A DNA stretch of 59,125 nucleotides. Origin: an uncultured bacterium (GTDB lineage Bacteria > UBA8481). Position numbers and translations under genes: made by a program. The notes under the pieces were generated by a model that was not told the DNA's origin, did not search any database, and saw only the letters and a program-made list of their open reading frames with translations. The stretch lies in the NCBI GenBank assembly GCA_964499705.1, contig CAZCME010000026.1:1-59125 (forward strand). The letters are read 5' to 3'. Position 1 is the first letter of the stretch. Each line of letters opens with the position of its first letter. Shown one piece after another: positions 42,713 to 56,200 of the stretch.

Positions 42713-44251
42713 TCACCTCCCGATACCGATTTGCGTCGACGCCACTTTCGTGTCTACGGCCGTCCAAACTTCATGAGCCTCCAGCTCGGCGAGCTGAACA
42801 AACCGCCACGCCGGAGTTTTCGTGAAGTACGGGCTCCCTTTCGGGATGAAGATCATCAGATATCGGATGGGCATGGACGCATCGACCGCGATCGCGACGC
42901 GCTTCAACGGATCTCCTCGCGTCGATCTTTCATCGGCGCCGGCGCCCGCATCGATCCCGAATCCCGGATAGCTCCAGTTCACCGTGTCCCGCGCCACCAT
43001 CACGTAATAGCTCTTCGGATACGCATTGCCCCGCCAGACGGTCTCCACGGATGTCAGCAGTTTTTCGGAACCGAGGTCCACGAGCACCCACTGGTCCGTG
43101 TCGGCGGGATCCGAGGAGGTTGCCATGCCCGTGAAGTAGTCGTTTCTGCCATCCGTGATTCTCTCCAGCGCGGGCCGCTTGCTCTCAACATATTGCTCGT
43201 CCGTCAGAAGCGCGAAGGAGCCCCAGGCGCGCGCGCCGACGGCGATGTTGTTCGCGAATGTGGTGAACCGGAACCACGGGGTCGCCGTTCCGTGACCGGC
43301 GGAATCTTCGGTGACGATCTGGTATTCGTACGCCGTCCGCGGCAGAAGGCCGCCGAAATCGGCGACGAAGGAAAGCGTATTTTCCTCCACGCGTGCCGCG
43401 GTCTTCATGAGCCTGTCGCCGCCCGCCTCACGCCACTCCATCCAGGCTCGGCAGGGCACATTCGCGGAGAAGCGGAAGAGAGCGGAGTCGCGGCCGAGGA
43501 TATAGCGGGGATTCCAGGTGAAGGGATAAGGCGAGCCCTTCGTGCGGAATTTCAGGGGCTTTGAATCGCTCGATCCCAGGTCCTCGGCGGTGAGAATCCA
43601 GACGTGATAGTCGGAGCCCGGCATCAGGTTTTCCAGCCGCGCCTCGTGATCCATCACCATCTCATAGGACGGCGCCGACTGGGATTTCATCCGGTCTGCA
43701 TTCAGGCCGTAAAGGATCGACGTCTTGACCGGCATCGTCGTCTTCCACCGGATCACCGCGCTCTTCTCCTCGATCTCCGCCGTCTCGATCGCGTAAACTT
43801 CGGCCGTTGACGCATCGGCAGGAATCAGGCGGAGCTCGCTCACTTGGAAATCCGGATCGCTGAATTCGATGGTGACCATGGCGGCGCGGGCGACCGAGGG
43901 AGCAAATTCAAGCGAGGTTCGCTTTCCATCCGGTGTCATCGATGGTGCCACCGTCGGCTGGCTCCATGAGACCGCATCCTTCGACAGGCTCACCGTCACC
44001 CGCGCGGGCGCGCCCTGGCATTCGAGCTCGACGCCCTTCAAGACGGCTTCGTTCTGAAGGAGAAGGAAGAGCTGAAGCGGGGAGGAATCTGGACGCGCGG
44101 CGGTGGAAAAATCGCCGTCGTGAATACTCGCCAGCTCGCGGCCGTTTCCGGACACGGAGAAGGGCACAGGGAGCACAACAGCGGCGTTCGCAAAGGCAAC
44201 GTCGGCGAAGGGCAACAGGCAGAGAGCGCAGATCCAGCTCATTCTCTTCAT
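42713..44251 (-). CDS. Secreted discoidin-FN3-FN3-discoidin protein (512 aa)
   Basis: Start MKRMSWICALCLLPFADVAFA at 44251 has an ATGA overlap with the giant C stop. Motifs SAVIRWKT...HEARLENLMPGSDYH, GLLPRTAYEYQI and ITDG...DQWVLVDLG...PKSY. Confidence 0.85.
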   Translation of the reverse strand: MKRMSWICALCLLPFADVAFANAAVVLPVPFSVSGNGRELASIHDGDFSTAARPDSSPLQLFLLLQNEAVLKGVELECQGAPARVTVSLSKDAVSWSQPTVAPSMTPDGKRTSLEFAPSVARAAMVTIEFSDPDFQVSELRLIPADASTAEVYAIETAEIEEKSAVIRWKTTMPVKTSILYGLNADRMKSQSAPSYEMVMDHEARLENLMPGSDYHVWILTAEDLGSSDSKPLKFRTKGSPYPFTWNPRYILGRDSALFRFSANVPCRAWMEWREAGGDRLMKTAARVEENTLSFVADFGGLLPRTAYEYQIVTEDSAGHGTATPWFRFTTFANNIAVGARAWGSFALLTDEQYVESKRPALERITDGRNDYFTGMATSSDPADTDQWVLVDLGSEKLLTSVETVWRGNAYPKSYYVMVARDTVNWSYPGFGIDAGAGADERSTRGDPLKRVAIAVDASMPIRYLMIFIPKGSPYFTKTPAWRFVQLAELEAHEVWTAVDTKVASTQIGIGR

Positions 44252-47200
44252 TGCACGATCACCCGGTACCGGATGACGGCCTGCGGTTCGCCGGCTGTCA
44301 CGAGAAGCTTTCTCCAGCGAACATACCGGACCGATGACGGTACGCCCGGCACGCCGGACGTGTAATCGGCGGAATAGAAACTCTGGTCGGGCGCCGCAAT
44401 GGTCGCATACTGGAACTCCCAGCCGGCGATGTTCGTCACCGTGTCGCGGAACGCGGTCGTCGTGGCGACGGTATCGACGACGATGACCGAATCCGCGGGC
44501 GACCAGCCCGCATTCTGGAATGTGAGCGAATACTGGAGCGTCGAACCGGGGTAAGGGCCGAAGGATGTCGAATCGAGAGCTTTCGTGATCGTGAAGGTCG
44601 TGGCGGCAACACCTCCGGCCGAATCGGACCTGTTGCCGTTGGAGTCGACCGCGTAAACGAAGAAGTAGTACGTCTCCCCAGGCAATACCGACGTGTCGAT
44701 CCGCGAGGTGTCGATGATTATACCGTTGAAGAGGAGCGTCGCTGCAGCGAGAGAATCGTTTGAGCCGTGACGGTAGACGCGATACCCGACGAGATCCGTC
44801 TCCGTGTTGTTGTTCCACGAAATCCGCACGCCGGTTTCACCGAGGATCGCCGCGACCGCGGTGAATCCGGTCGGCTTCGCGGGTTTCAGAGCATCCGCGA
44901 CGAAATATGACGAGTCTCCGAATGCCGTCCAGTTCCCGGATGGATCGTAAGCGGCGACGCGCCACCAGACCCGTCCGCTCAGGTTGAACGGCGCCTGCGT
45001 CTCGTTCGTGTTTGTCAGATGCGCGCGCCAGATCGTCATGCGGAAGTCCGAGTCCGTCGCCAGTTCGAGATAATACTTAACCGTCCCATTGATGTCGGTC
45101 GTCGCGGCCCAGCGGATGTTCGGCCGCGTCCCCGTCTCCGCGCCGTACGCGGGCTGCTGCGTCGCAGGCGCCGCCGCCGGATCCGTAACGTCTCCCTCCA
45201 CCCACTGGATGTCATCGATCAGAAACGCGCCGGAACAGGTCGAAGCGGCGCCGGCCACCGCGAAGAGGAAACGGTTGAATCTCGTCTTGTCGAATCCGAG
45301 CGCGGTGTAATCGGCGAGCGGTATCCGGACACGGCGCCAGTCGGGACCGAGGTTCGGAATATAACTGTTCAGGGAAAGCGCCCACTCCGTACCGTTGCCC
45401 GCGTGCCGCACCTTCACGTCCATATTGCCCCAGGAGTCGGGGCTGGCGCTCGTGCCGGTCTCAAGGCGCACCATCATCTCAAGCGCGGCCGCGCTCGAAA
45501 CATTCAACGCCGGATAGTCGAAGATCATTCCCTGCCATCGATTCGACGAATTGTTGATGCTGTAATCCATCCGCAGGGATCCCGCGCCCGCGTAATGAAC
45601 CGAGGTTTCCTGCCGGAAGGGCGGATTCGCCGCTTCGGAAAACGGGGTCGCGGTCGTTCCATATGCGGTGGTCGCGATCGCGGTGTCGTTGAAGACTTCC
45701 AGAACGCATGTGTCGATCTTCTTCATGAAATTGATATGATCGATATCGATCACCGGACTGGTCGTCCCGCCGTATACGGCCGGATCGTCGTACAGGAACG
45801 CCATGTTCGAATCTCCGAAGATAAGATCGCACTGCGTCCAGGCCGCGAGCGGGATTACGACTTCCTGCCAGCTCGTCGTCGCTCCGCCGGAAGAGAGGAA
45901 CTTCCATACATCCACCTTCTGATTGCCGCCGGGTCTCGGTAGCTCCAACCGAAGAATGTCGCCCGGGGTACCGTCGCCCGACCGCAGGCCGAACGAGATC
46001 GCGCGGTAGAAGTCGGTGGAATCCGCCAAATCGGCGCCGCCGCCGCCCGGTACAGTGATGTAGCCTCCGAAGGATCCGCCGGGCACGGAACCGGTGATGC
46101 GGAGGAAGTTGCCGCCGTCCTTCGGATAGAGCGGCGCGTCGGTGCGGTTTTCGAGCGTGATGGCCGCGCCGCCGTTTTCGAACTTCGACGTGTCGCCGTT
46201 CCATAGATTCTTAGCCCGGACCGTGTTGAAGTCATCCAACACGCGCATCTCCACTTCCATCGTGTCCGATCCCGGTGTCGTCGCCCAGTTGCTGACATGG
46301 TCCTTCGCGGACACCTTGTAGCGGTTGAAACCGACGCGGCCGATCGCCGAGTCGAACGTGCTGCCGAGCGCGGAGTCGTTGATCGCGTTGTCCGCCACGT
46401 TCGTCGATGCGTTCACAAGCTCGGTGCCGGCGCCGGAATCATTGTCGGCAACGGCCCACGTCAGCCATATTTCACGGTCGTTATCGGTATCCGTCGGCGC
46501 GTCGGCGGTCGTGTCGCGCCGCGAGTTGACGTTCGTGAGAATCGGCCCATAGCGGTCCTCGATGAGCTTCACATACACGGTGTCGTACCGGGTTCCGGTC
46601 GTGTCGTACAATGCGAGTTGCCACGTCGTCTCGCCCCAGAGAATCCGGAAATTCGAAACTTCGAAGTTGAAGACGAACGGTGTCGTGATATCCGTCTGCG
46701 GGCCGGATTCGAAGATGGATGAAGCGACCGCCCTCGCGGCTCCGCCGGAGGCCACGACGGTGCATGTCACGATCACGGTCTCCGCGCTGTTCGTCCAGAC
46801 CGTGTCCGCGGGACTCGCCGTGCCTGTGTCGATCGGTCCGGTGCCCGCGTAGAAATACGACGCGGCCGCGCCCGACATCGTGATCGTCAGAACGTCCGGC
46901 GTCACTACCGGAGTTTCCATGGCGATCGAATCGGAATAGAAGGAGGAATTTTCGTAAGGAGCCGTCGTGTCGACGGCGGCGACGCGGTAGTGATAGACCG
47001 TGTCGTTCTGGAGCCCCGTGTCCGTGAATGCGAGCGTCGCCGCGCCGACCGCTCCACGGAGAACCCACAACGTCGTATCGCGATTCTGCGAACGATAGAC
47101 GCGGTACCCGCCGAGCGATACGGCCGCTTCATTCTCCTCGGACGTCGTCACGGGCTTCCATGTGACCGTGATCTGCGTGCTGTCATACGATCGCGCGGCC

Positions 47201-50200
47201 ACCGTGTCAGGAGCCCGGGGCGCGACCGTATCCGCCGAGAGCGACGTGTCAGCCGCTCCGAGTCGCCACGCCGCGTATACGACCGTCAACCTTTGCGCTC
47301 CGCCGATCCGCTGCAGGATCTTAGCGGAATCCGTCGTGCTCCAGTACTGCCGCGTCGCCGTCACGTCGGCGGTATCCGTGAAGAGCCCGTTCGTATCGAT
47401 CGCGCCCGCCGACGGAACGATCGTATTCTTCTCCAGCACGTTTGCTTTCGAGGACGCGTCGAGATAGAAGCCCCAGCCGGCATTCGAGTCAGCTTCGTTC
47501 TGGACGAAGCGGTTGAACGACGATCCCAGCGCCTTGAAACCCGCGGCGCGATTCTGCCGCGCGATGCCGCCGCGGACGACGTTGTTGTCCGATCCGGTCG
47601 CGCCGTTGTTCTGGAAGAGGAATCCGTCGTTCGTGCTGCTGTCCGCCGAACAGGCGATGACGAAATTCACGTTCGAACCGTCGTAAAAGAGGAAGCCCAC
47701 GTCGCTGTTGCCGCGCGCCGCGCACGAGGTGATCGTGCAGCCCGTGGTCTGATCGAGCATGAAACCGTCGTTGGCGTTCACCTCGGACGTGCAGGAATCC
47801 AGGCGGGTGCCCGTCGCCTGTTTCAAGTAGAAACCCTGGAGCGCGCTCGACCGGACGCGAAGGTTCGTGAAGGTGTTGTTCGTCGCGCCAAGGTTTCCCT
47901 CCACGTAGACGCCCACATCACCGGCGCTCGTCACCGTCAGATCGAGGAAGGTGTTGTTCGGGCTCCTGACGTTCACTCCGCGCCAGACAGGCGACGTGAT
48001 CCGGATCGTCTCGATCGTGTTCGCTCCGCTGTCGGCGATCCAGAGTCCGGCGCTCGCCCCCCCCGTCGTCGTGCAATAGCCGAGGCGATTTCCCGAGGAT
48101 GTTTCCGTCAGCGAAATTCCGCTCGCGAAAACGCTCTGAGCCGCCGTGCAATTGGTGAGCGTGTTCTGATGCGCGGCGACGAGAAGGAAATTATCCTGGC
48201 CGGACCGGTTCGCGGAGCACCACCGGAACGTGTTCGTGTCGGCGCTGTTATGGATGCTGAAGCCGCGATTACCGCAGGAATCGACGAAGTTCGTGTCGTA
48301 GATTCCATACCGCGTGTTGTCGACGTCGAAGCCGTCGTTGGAAGAATAGCGGACGAGATTGGAGCGGAACGTATTGGAGTCGGCGTTCGCCCGGACGAGG
48401 AAACCGTCCGTTCCCGCCGAATCGACCTGGTTCGACGTGAAGACATTCCAGCTTGTCCCCGCGTCGGAAATATAAAAGCCCTGGTCCGCCGTTCCATTGC
48501 CCGTCGTATTCGAGGTGAAGACGTTGCTCTTCGATGCGCCCGTCACCGCGTACGCCGCCGTCGCGTTCGATTCCGAGCGGTTCGACGTGAACGTGTTCGT
48601 GTCGGAACCGATGACAGAGAACCCTTCCGCGCGATTCGAATAGGAGACGCAGGAAAGAAACGTGTTGAGATTCGCCGCGCTGATCACGTATCCGAGGCTC
48701 GTGTTCGTCTCCGATGTCGCGTTCGAAACCGTGGCGTATCGCGCGCCGCCGAAGTAGAAACCGGCGTAGCCGCTGCGAGTCGCATGGCATCGGTCCATCG
48801 TCCATGAATCCGATCCGCCCTCCAGAATGAACCCGATGTTGCCCGTTCTCTGGGCGCGCACGCGGAGAATCGACCCCGTGTCGGCCGTCGTCACATAGAC
48901 GCCGTTGTATCCGTCGCGGACCTGGAAGTCGGAGAGATAAACGGCCGACGTCGTCGAGCAGTGGAGCGACCGGAAGGAAGCGACGGAAGAATCGAAAAAG
49001 TTGATGACGGTGAGGGAGGAGTCGACGCCCTGGATCCAGAGGGGCGAGACCGTGATCCGGACCGTGTCGGGAGGAGCGAACGCTCCGGCGTCGATGAGGA
49101 TCGTGTCGCCCGCGGAGAGATCCGCCACCACGGCCTCGATCGTCCGCTTCGGCGCGGCGGGCGTCAGTCCCGAGTTCGCGTCGTTGCCGACCGCTCCGGT
49201 GTACGAATCGCTGGCATTGTATGTTCCGTCGTTGACGTACCATTTGTTCGGCCCGGAGATCGTGACTGCGGCGGCGGACGGGACCGAGTCCGAATAATAC
49301 GCTTCGTTCAGGAACGGCGACGCGTTGTCGAACGCCGTGACGCGGTAGAAATATACGTCGTTCTCCACGAGGCTCGAGTCCGTGTACCGCGTGTCCGACG
49401 CGGATACCGTGCCGCGGAGTATCCAGTAGGTCGTATCCGAGCTCTTCGCTTGATAGATGCGGTATCCGGTCACATTCACCGCAAACGGATCTCCCTCGGC
49501 GTCGGCCGTCACCGGCGACCATGAGACGCGGATCTGCCCGGCGGAGACGGCGGTTACCGAATCCGGAGCGCGCGGCGCGACCGTGTCCGATCCGAAAGTC
49601 GTATCGACCTCGCCCAATCGGTAGGGCGGATACACGAACGTCGCCGCCTGAGGACCTTTGAAGCGCGTGGAGAAGACCGCGGTGTCGACGGAGCCCCACC
49701 AGTTTCGGAGCGCGTTCTGGCCCGCAAGATCGGTCCAGACCGCCGTGTCTCCAGCGGCGCCTGTCGGGAAATTATTCTTCGCGATCGTGTTGCCCGCGGA
49801 ACCGGAGTTGACGTACAGACACGCTTCGATACTCGATTCCATCTGGTTCCCCACCAGGACGTTGTTGTCCGAGTTGATCAGCTTGAAACCGCTCTTGCGG
49901 TGATTCCTCGCGAGATTTCCCGAGAGATAATTGTTGTCGGAACCGGAGCCCCCGTTGTCGATGAGGAGGATTCCGTCCGTCGTGTTCGTCTCGGCCCTGT
50001 TGCGCGACAGGATATTCCAGGTCGCCCCATAAAGGAGAATGCCTACGTCCGCGTTGCCGCTCGCGACATTGGCGGTCACGGTGCAGCCGACGGTCGAGAG
50101 CATGTGGATGCCGTCGTCGCCGTTCCCGGTCACAGTGTTGGACTCGAAGATCTCGCCCGTGCCCGAGACGGCCTGGATGCCGATGTTGGCGCCGTTGGAA

Positions 50201-53200
50201 ACCGTGTTGGAGACGAATCGATTCGTGTCGGACCGGACGGCGCCGTCGAAGTGCGCGCCGACGTCCGTGGCTCCAGTGATGACGTTCCCCATAAACGTGT
50301 TTCCCGGCGTCCGGACCGCGAGCCCCCGCCATGCGGGCGAGATGATGCGGTTGTAGTTGAACGTGCCGAAACCCAGGTCATCCAGCCAGAACGACGGTCC
50401 GCCTTCGCTCGTCGATGTGCATCCGTACACCGTGTTACGGATAGATGTGTTGACGAAGCTGAAGGCCGCGCTGTTGGAGACGGCCGAAGTGCAGGAGAAG
50501 ACGATGTTCGAGTCGGCATCCTCGAACTTGTAGTTGTCGGCACCCGTCGATCCGTGCGATCCGCACCAACGGAAGACGTTCGTATCGGAATTGGCTCGCA
50601 CGTAATAGCCGTATCCGGTCGGACGATAGACATAGTTGGTGTCCAGGATGCAGCGGCTGGCGTCGTCGAGGTCGTAACCGTCTCCGGCGGGAGTATCGAC
50701 GCGGTTCTGACGGAGTATTGTGCCTTCGGATTTCACGTAGAATCCGTCGGCATTCGGATTGCGAATGACGCTTCCCGTGATGATGTTGCCCTCGCCAGCG
50801 TCGATCCAGAATCCCTGGCCGGTATTCCGGGTCGATCGGTTCGAGGTGAAGACGTTGGACGAGGCGCCCGTGATGATTGAATACGCCGCCCAGAGATTCG
50901 TATCCGCGTCGTTATCCTCTGCGAGATTCTGATTGGCCTGGCTGAACCAGAATCCTTCCTGCGTGTTCGAGTCGGCACGGTTGGACCGGACAGTGTTCGT
51001 ATCGGAGAAATATCCCACAGCAATGCCCTTGATGTTGAAGAAAGAATAGTTTCCGACAAGCGTTGCGAACTTTGACGTGGCGACCATGATGCCCCAACCG
51101 TTTCCGGCGCGGTTGCCGTCCACGTGGCAGTTCTCCACGCGCCACGAATCCGAAGCGACCTCCAGGAGTATCCCGACCTCCGCGTTCGAAGCGCGCACCC
51201 GCTGCACGACACCCGTGTCGCCCGCGACGGAATGAATTCCGCGATAACCGTCGCGAACCCAGAGATCCTGGATCCGGACGAAGCTGCACGGCGTGTAGAT
51301 CGAGTTGAAGCTCGCCTGTGTGGAGTCGTTGAAATTGATGATGGTCTTCGCCGAGTCGACACCCTGGACCAAGACGATGTCCGTGTCGATTCGCACCGTA
51401 TCGGTCGGCGAGAATGTTCCGGCGTCGATATTGACCGTATCGCCCGAAGTCAGGAACGGGAAAACGGCCGCAAGCGTCAGCTTCGGCAGCGCGGGCGTCA
51501 ACCCGGAGTTGGCGTCATTGCCGACGGCGCCCGTGTACGAATCGCTCCCGTCATACGCGGCATCGTTGATATACCAGGCGTTGGGCACAAGGGTGTCGAC
51601 GGTCGCAGCGGCGATCGCGCTGCATTTCGTGTCCGCGTAAAAGGATTGGTTGTCGTACGGCGAGCTCGTGTCGAACGCGGTTACTTTATAGAAGTAGCTC
51701 TCGCCCGAATTGAGACCCGAGTCAACGAAGGAGAGCGTGCCCGCACCCAACGTCGCGCGCAGATACCAGAGCGACGTGTCGGGATTCTTCGCGGTCCAGA
51801 GCTTGTATCCGGCGAGTTGTACCGCGAAAGGATCGCCCTCTTCGTCGACGGTGACAGGGTGCCACGTAATCGTGATCTGCGTGGACGCAACGGCCGCGCA
51901 GGTATCGGGTGAGCGCGGCGCGACGGTGTCGGCGCCGGCGGTCGTGTCGATCAAGCCCAGCCGATACGGAATGTAGATCGCGCTGCCCGCCGCGCCGCCC
52001 GTGATCTTCGACCGGACGACCGCCGAGTCGGTCGTGTTCCAGTAATTCCTCGATATATCCATTCCGGCAGGCTCGACATTGACGCTGTCGGCACCGGTCG
52101 CGTTCGGGATGATGTTGTTCTTGGCGAATATGCCTCCGGTCGCGGCGGCTTCCCAGTAGACGGAATTCATGGTGTTCGATTCGAAACGGTTCGCCACGAC
52201 GACGTTGCCGGTCGAACCGCCCTGGAGATAAATGCCGCGCTGCTTGTTCCAGCGGAACGTGTTCCGCTCCAGACGGTTCCCGGTCGAGATGTCGAATCGG
52301 ATGCCGTCCTGGGCGCTCGACTCAATGAGGTTGTCCTGGAAGACCTGGTTGTTGGCGGCCGTCACGAGATGCACGCCGTTCTGCTGAGTGCGGCGGAACG
52401 TATTGCCGATGATCGAATCGTTCGTGGAACCGTTGATCTGGAGATTGTGCTGAAGCTGGGAATCGACGAAGTTCCAGCGGACGTTGGAATAAGACGAGCC
52501 GTTCGCGATCTGGATGCCGATCTGGCCGCAATTGTCGATCGTGTTCGAATCGATACGGTTGAATTTCGAATTATCGGACGCGATTCCCATGAACGTGCTG
52601 TATCCGACGTGATTCGAGAGAATCGTGTTCGTTTCGGCGCTCGAATTCAGCAGGATCCCGTGCGCTCCGGCTTTGTTGACATGGCTGTTCTGGACGAGAT
52701 TCCATCGCCCGGTCACGACGTTGATGCCGTGATTGACGGGCGTGTCGATCCAGCACCGGTCGACCGTGTTGTAGTCGGAGCCGCCGTTCACGAGAATGCC
52801 GATGTTGGCCGCGTTCGTCACGCGGACTCGTTCCAAGGAACAGAAGTCGGAGAAGGAAAGACTCACGCCGATATTCGGCGCCTTTACCCAGAGATCGCGG
52901 ATCGTGACCGTATCGACGGAGATCGCGATATTGGCGGACGCCGTGAAGCTGATGACGGAAAGTGCCGAGTCGACGCCGATCAGGAAGACGCCGGTGTCGT
53001 CGATGTCAAGCTGCGCGGCGCGCGTGCATTCGCCGGCGTCGAAGTAGACCGTGTCGCCATTCGAGAGAAGCGGTATGACGGCGCCGAGCGACCGTTTCGG
53101 CTTGATCGGCAGGAGCCCGTGGTTGGCGTCGTCGCCGATGGCGCCGGTGAAGGAGTCGCTCGCGTTGTACGCCGAATCGTTCACGTACCACTTGTTCGCG

Positions 53201-56200
53201 ACCGCGGCGGTCTCGATCGTGACGAGCGTTGTGTCGGTTCCCCACGTCGTGGTCTCGTAGACGATCCGCAGCGAGGCCACGCCGAGATCGGTGCCGAACT
53301 TGATCGTTGTCGAGCAGACGCCGTTCGTGAAAGCCACCGTCGAAATATTGATGGTGGGTAATCCCGTTGCCGTGATCGCCACGCCTGCCGCCGTAAAGTT
53401 GGTGACCGTGTCGCCGCGCGCGTCGACGGCAAGAATGCGAAGCGTGCGGGATTCTCCGAACTCCACCGTGTCGCCCGGACCGGTAAACCGGAACCGCATG
53501 TTCGGGTTGGAGTCCTGATTAGCCGCGGGTCCCGGCGTCCATCCCGGACTCGGCTTGATGTTGTTCCGGAAAACACCTGCTCCGTCCCAGGCCCGGATGT
53601 AGGACGAATCCTCCAGCGTCCCGGGGAAGGCCACGTCATCGACGGTGTCGCCTCCGTTGTTCATGAGAATCATCCGGCCGCCGCCGTTATTCAGGTCTCC
53701 CATGAATCCAGACGTGCACGTGAAGCTATTGATCGCGGCGCTGTTGGAGTCGAAGATGTATGCGCCTCCGTTGTTCGCGGTCCTGTGATAGAGCACCATG
53801 TAGCCGCGCGGAGGAATCGTGTCAGAAAGCAGCATCTTCGTCGCGCCGGTGACTCCTAGACGCCACGACGAGAGCGGCGCGGGAGAATCGGCGCGGTTGA
53901 AAAGCTCGACCCACTCGTCCTCGTTTTCCTCGGGAGAAACAGGCGCGCCGTCCCAGTCGACCGTGCCCACATTGACCATGATCTCGTTGATCAGAACCTG
54001 CGGGACGGGGCCAACCGTGAACTCGGCCCGACCCGTCTCCCCTGTCGTCGCTTCCGTGGCGGTCAGCGTGTCGAGCCCATTTGCCGCGCCCGAGAGCGTC
54101 AAGGTCGCGGTGATCTGTCCCGAGTCGGACGCGACAAACACGGCGGACGTCGGAGAAATCGATCCGCCTGCCACCGTGAAGTTCACGGTTCCCGTATAAT
54201 CTTCCTTGCGAGCGCCGTTGATCGTACGGGCGATGATCGTGACGCCGAATTGGTAGTCGTTGGAAACCTTGGATGGAGCCGTGACATCGAAGTGATGGAG
54301 CGGTCCTGGCGTCACGGCGATAGCGCTTGACGTCAGGTTCCACGAAACCGCGGTGATTGTATCCACGGAACTTGTCCCCAGCCACCGATGCCCGTCCTTC
54401 GTTCCCGTCTCCGTCGAAAGAGCAACGAAGATTTCCTGGTTGTAGATCCGCGACCCATTCGCGGTCTCCCACAAGGTCAGGACGATTCCCGTGTCATCGG
54501 TATTCGACCTCAGCTTCACCGTCGTCACGCCGCGTTGCGACCCGTTTCCGCCGCCGGTCGCGGAGACAGTCACGATGAGCCGCTCACCAAGACCCACCGT
54601 GTCCGTCGAACCGGTGCTCGATCGGAGCGTCACGGTCACGCCGGTCAGGTTGGTATCGATCAATCCATTGTCGAACCCTTCCGTGTATGTGTTCGTTTCC
54701 GTTGCTGGAGCCGCGGCCCAGTCCAGGTTCGAGAATGTCGTATCGCGGCCGTTGTAGCCGCGGAAGATCGAGCGTCCCTGCAGCGCGGTGGCATTCGTGG
54801 CGTTGTGATCATAATTCTCGTTGTCATTCCAGATCTGCGCACCCACCGCGTCGGAATCGTCGCTGGTGTTGGTCGTCGCCGTGTTCTTCCACATGAGAAA
54901 CGAGACGATCGTGGAGGAATCAAGCGTCGTGGAGGCGTAGAGACCCATCGAACCCGCCTGGCCGAGCCTGTTTCCGAATGACGCGAAGGGGAAGACGTGC
55001 GCCGCGTTGTCCGTGTCGGTGAAAACGGTCTCGTGCGCGCCGCTCTCGCCGTAATGCACGACCAGGTGCTTGCCGGACGGGATCGATACAGTCGGGAGGA
55101 ACGTGTCACCGGTGCTGTAGTCCGTAATAAACCATCCGGCGGTCGAAACAGTCCCGGTCGATCGATTGTAGATTTCCACCCATTCGTCGCGGTCCGCGCT
55201 CGAGGGATTGACGACGTCGACAGGCAGTATTTCGTTGATGATGAGCCTATTGTCGAGAAGCGGATAGACTACGACCGTGCCGGTGAAACCCGACGAATCT
55301 GCCGTGATCGTATCCGCGCCGACAGCTCCGCCACCGGAGATCGTGACCGAACATGTCGTGTCGCCGTTCCACGCGGATAAGAACGGTATCGTCGTCGGGG
55401 AAATCGTTCCCTTGGCGACGGACAGCGTCACCGTGTCCCGGAACGAGGTGACCGTGTTTCCATCGAGGTCCCTTGCGATGACGCGGAGATTAAACGCCGT
55501 GCCTCGCTTGACGGTGCGCGATTGAACGAGGAGCACAGGGTCGGTTTCATACACATCGAAATGATCCACGACGCGCTGCGCGCGAAATTCGATCTTCGTC
55601 GAGGTTTCGGAATTGAGCCCCGGGTCGTAAGAGACGATCCGGACCCAATGCGATTCCTCCGAGAGGTTGCCGATCGTCAACCATGTGTTGTACGTGTACG
55701 TGTCAACGACGATGTTATTGAAGAGCGAATCGACGCGCGTGACCTGGACGCGGTACCGCACCGGCGGCGTCGAGTCCGTTGACGCAGTCCACGTGCAGCC
55801 GACGGCATTGAAGACCCATGCGCCCGCGGCAGGCGCGGTGATGACGGCGGCGGTCGGAGGAACGGCGGTCTGGACGGTCAAGGCAAGAATTCCGTTAATG
55901 GGGCCTGGCGCCGTCGTCTCCGTGCCATACGTCGTATCCGCAGTCACTGTGCAGGCGCCTGTGAACCCGGTGATCGTCACGGATTCCATTACCATCCCAT
56001 TGCGCGTATCCGTTGTGGAATAGGTGTTGAACGTGTCGGCCGTCGTCGTGGGATTGATCGTACCCTGCGAAATCCTGAGGCGCGCAAATCCCGTCATGCT
56101 CGCCGCCGCCGTGTCGGATACTTTTCTCCCGAACGTGTCCTGCGCCGTTATGTGCAGCGAGAATGGCACTCCTGTTTCGACATACGTTCCCGACAGGCAC

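Noticed and set aside
44252-44818. ORF-track N-terminal extension of the discoidin/FN3 gene
   Set aside because: Lies within giant C; the ATG at 44251 is coupled to the C stop and begins a signal peptide.
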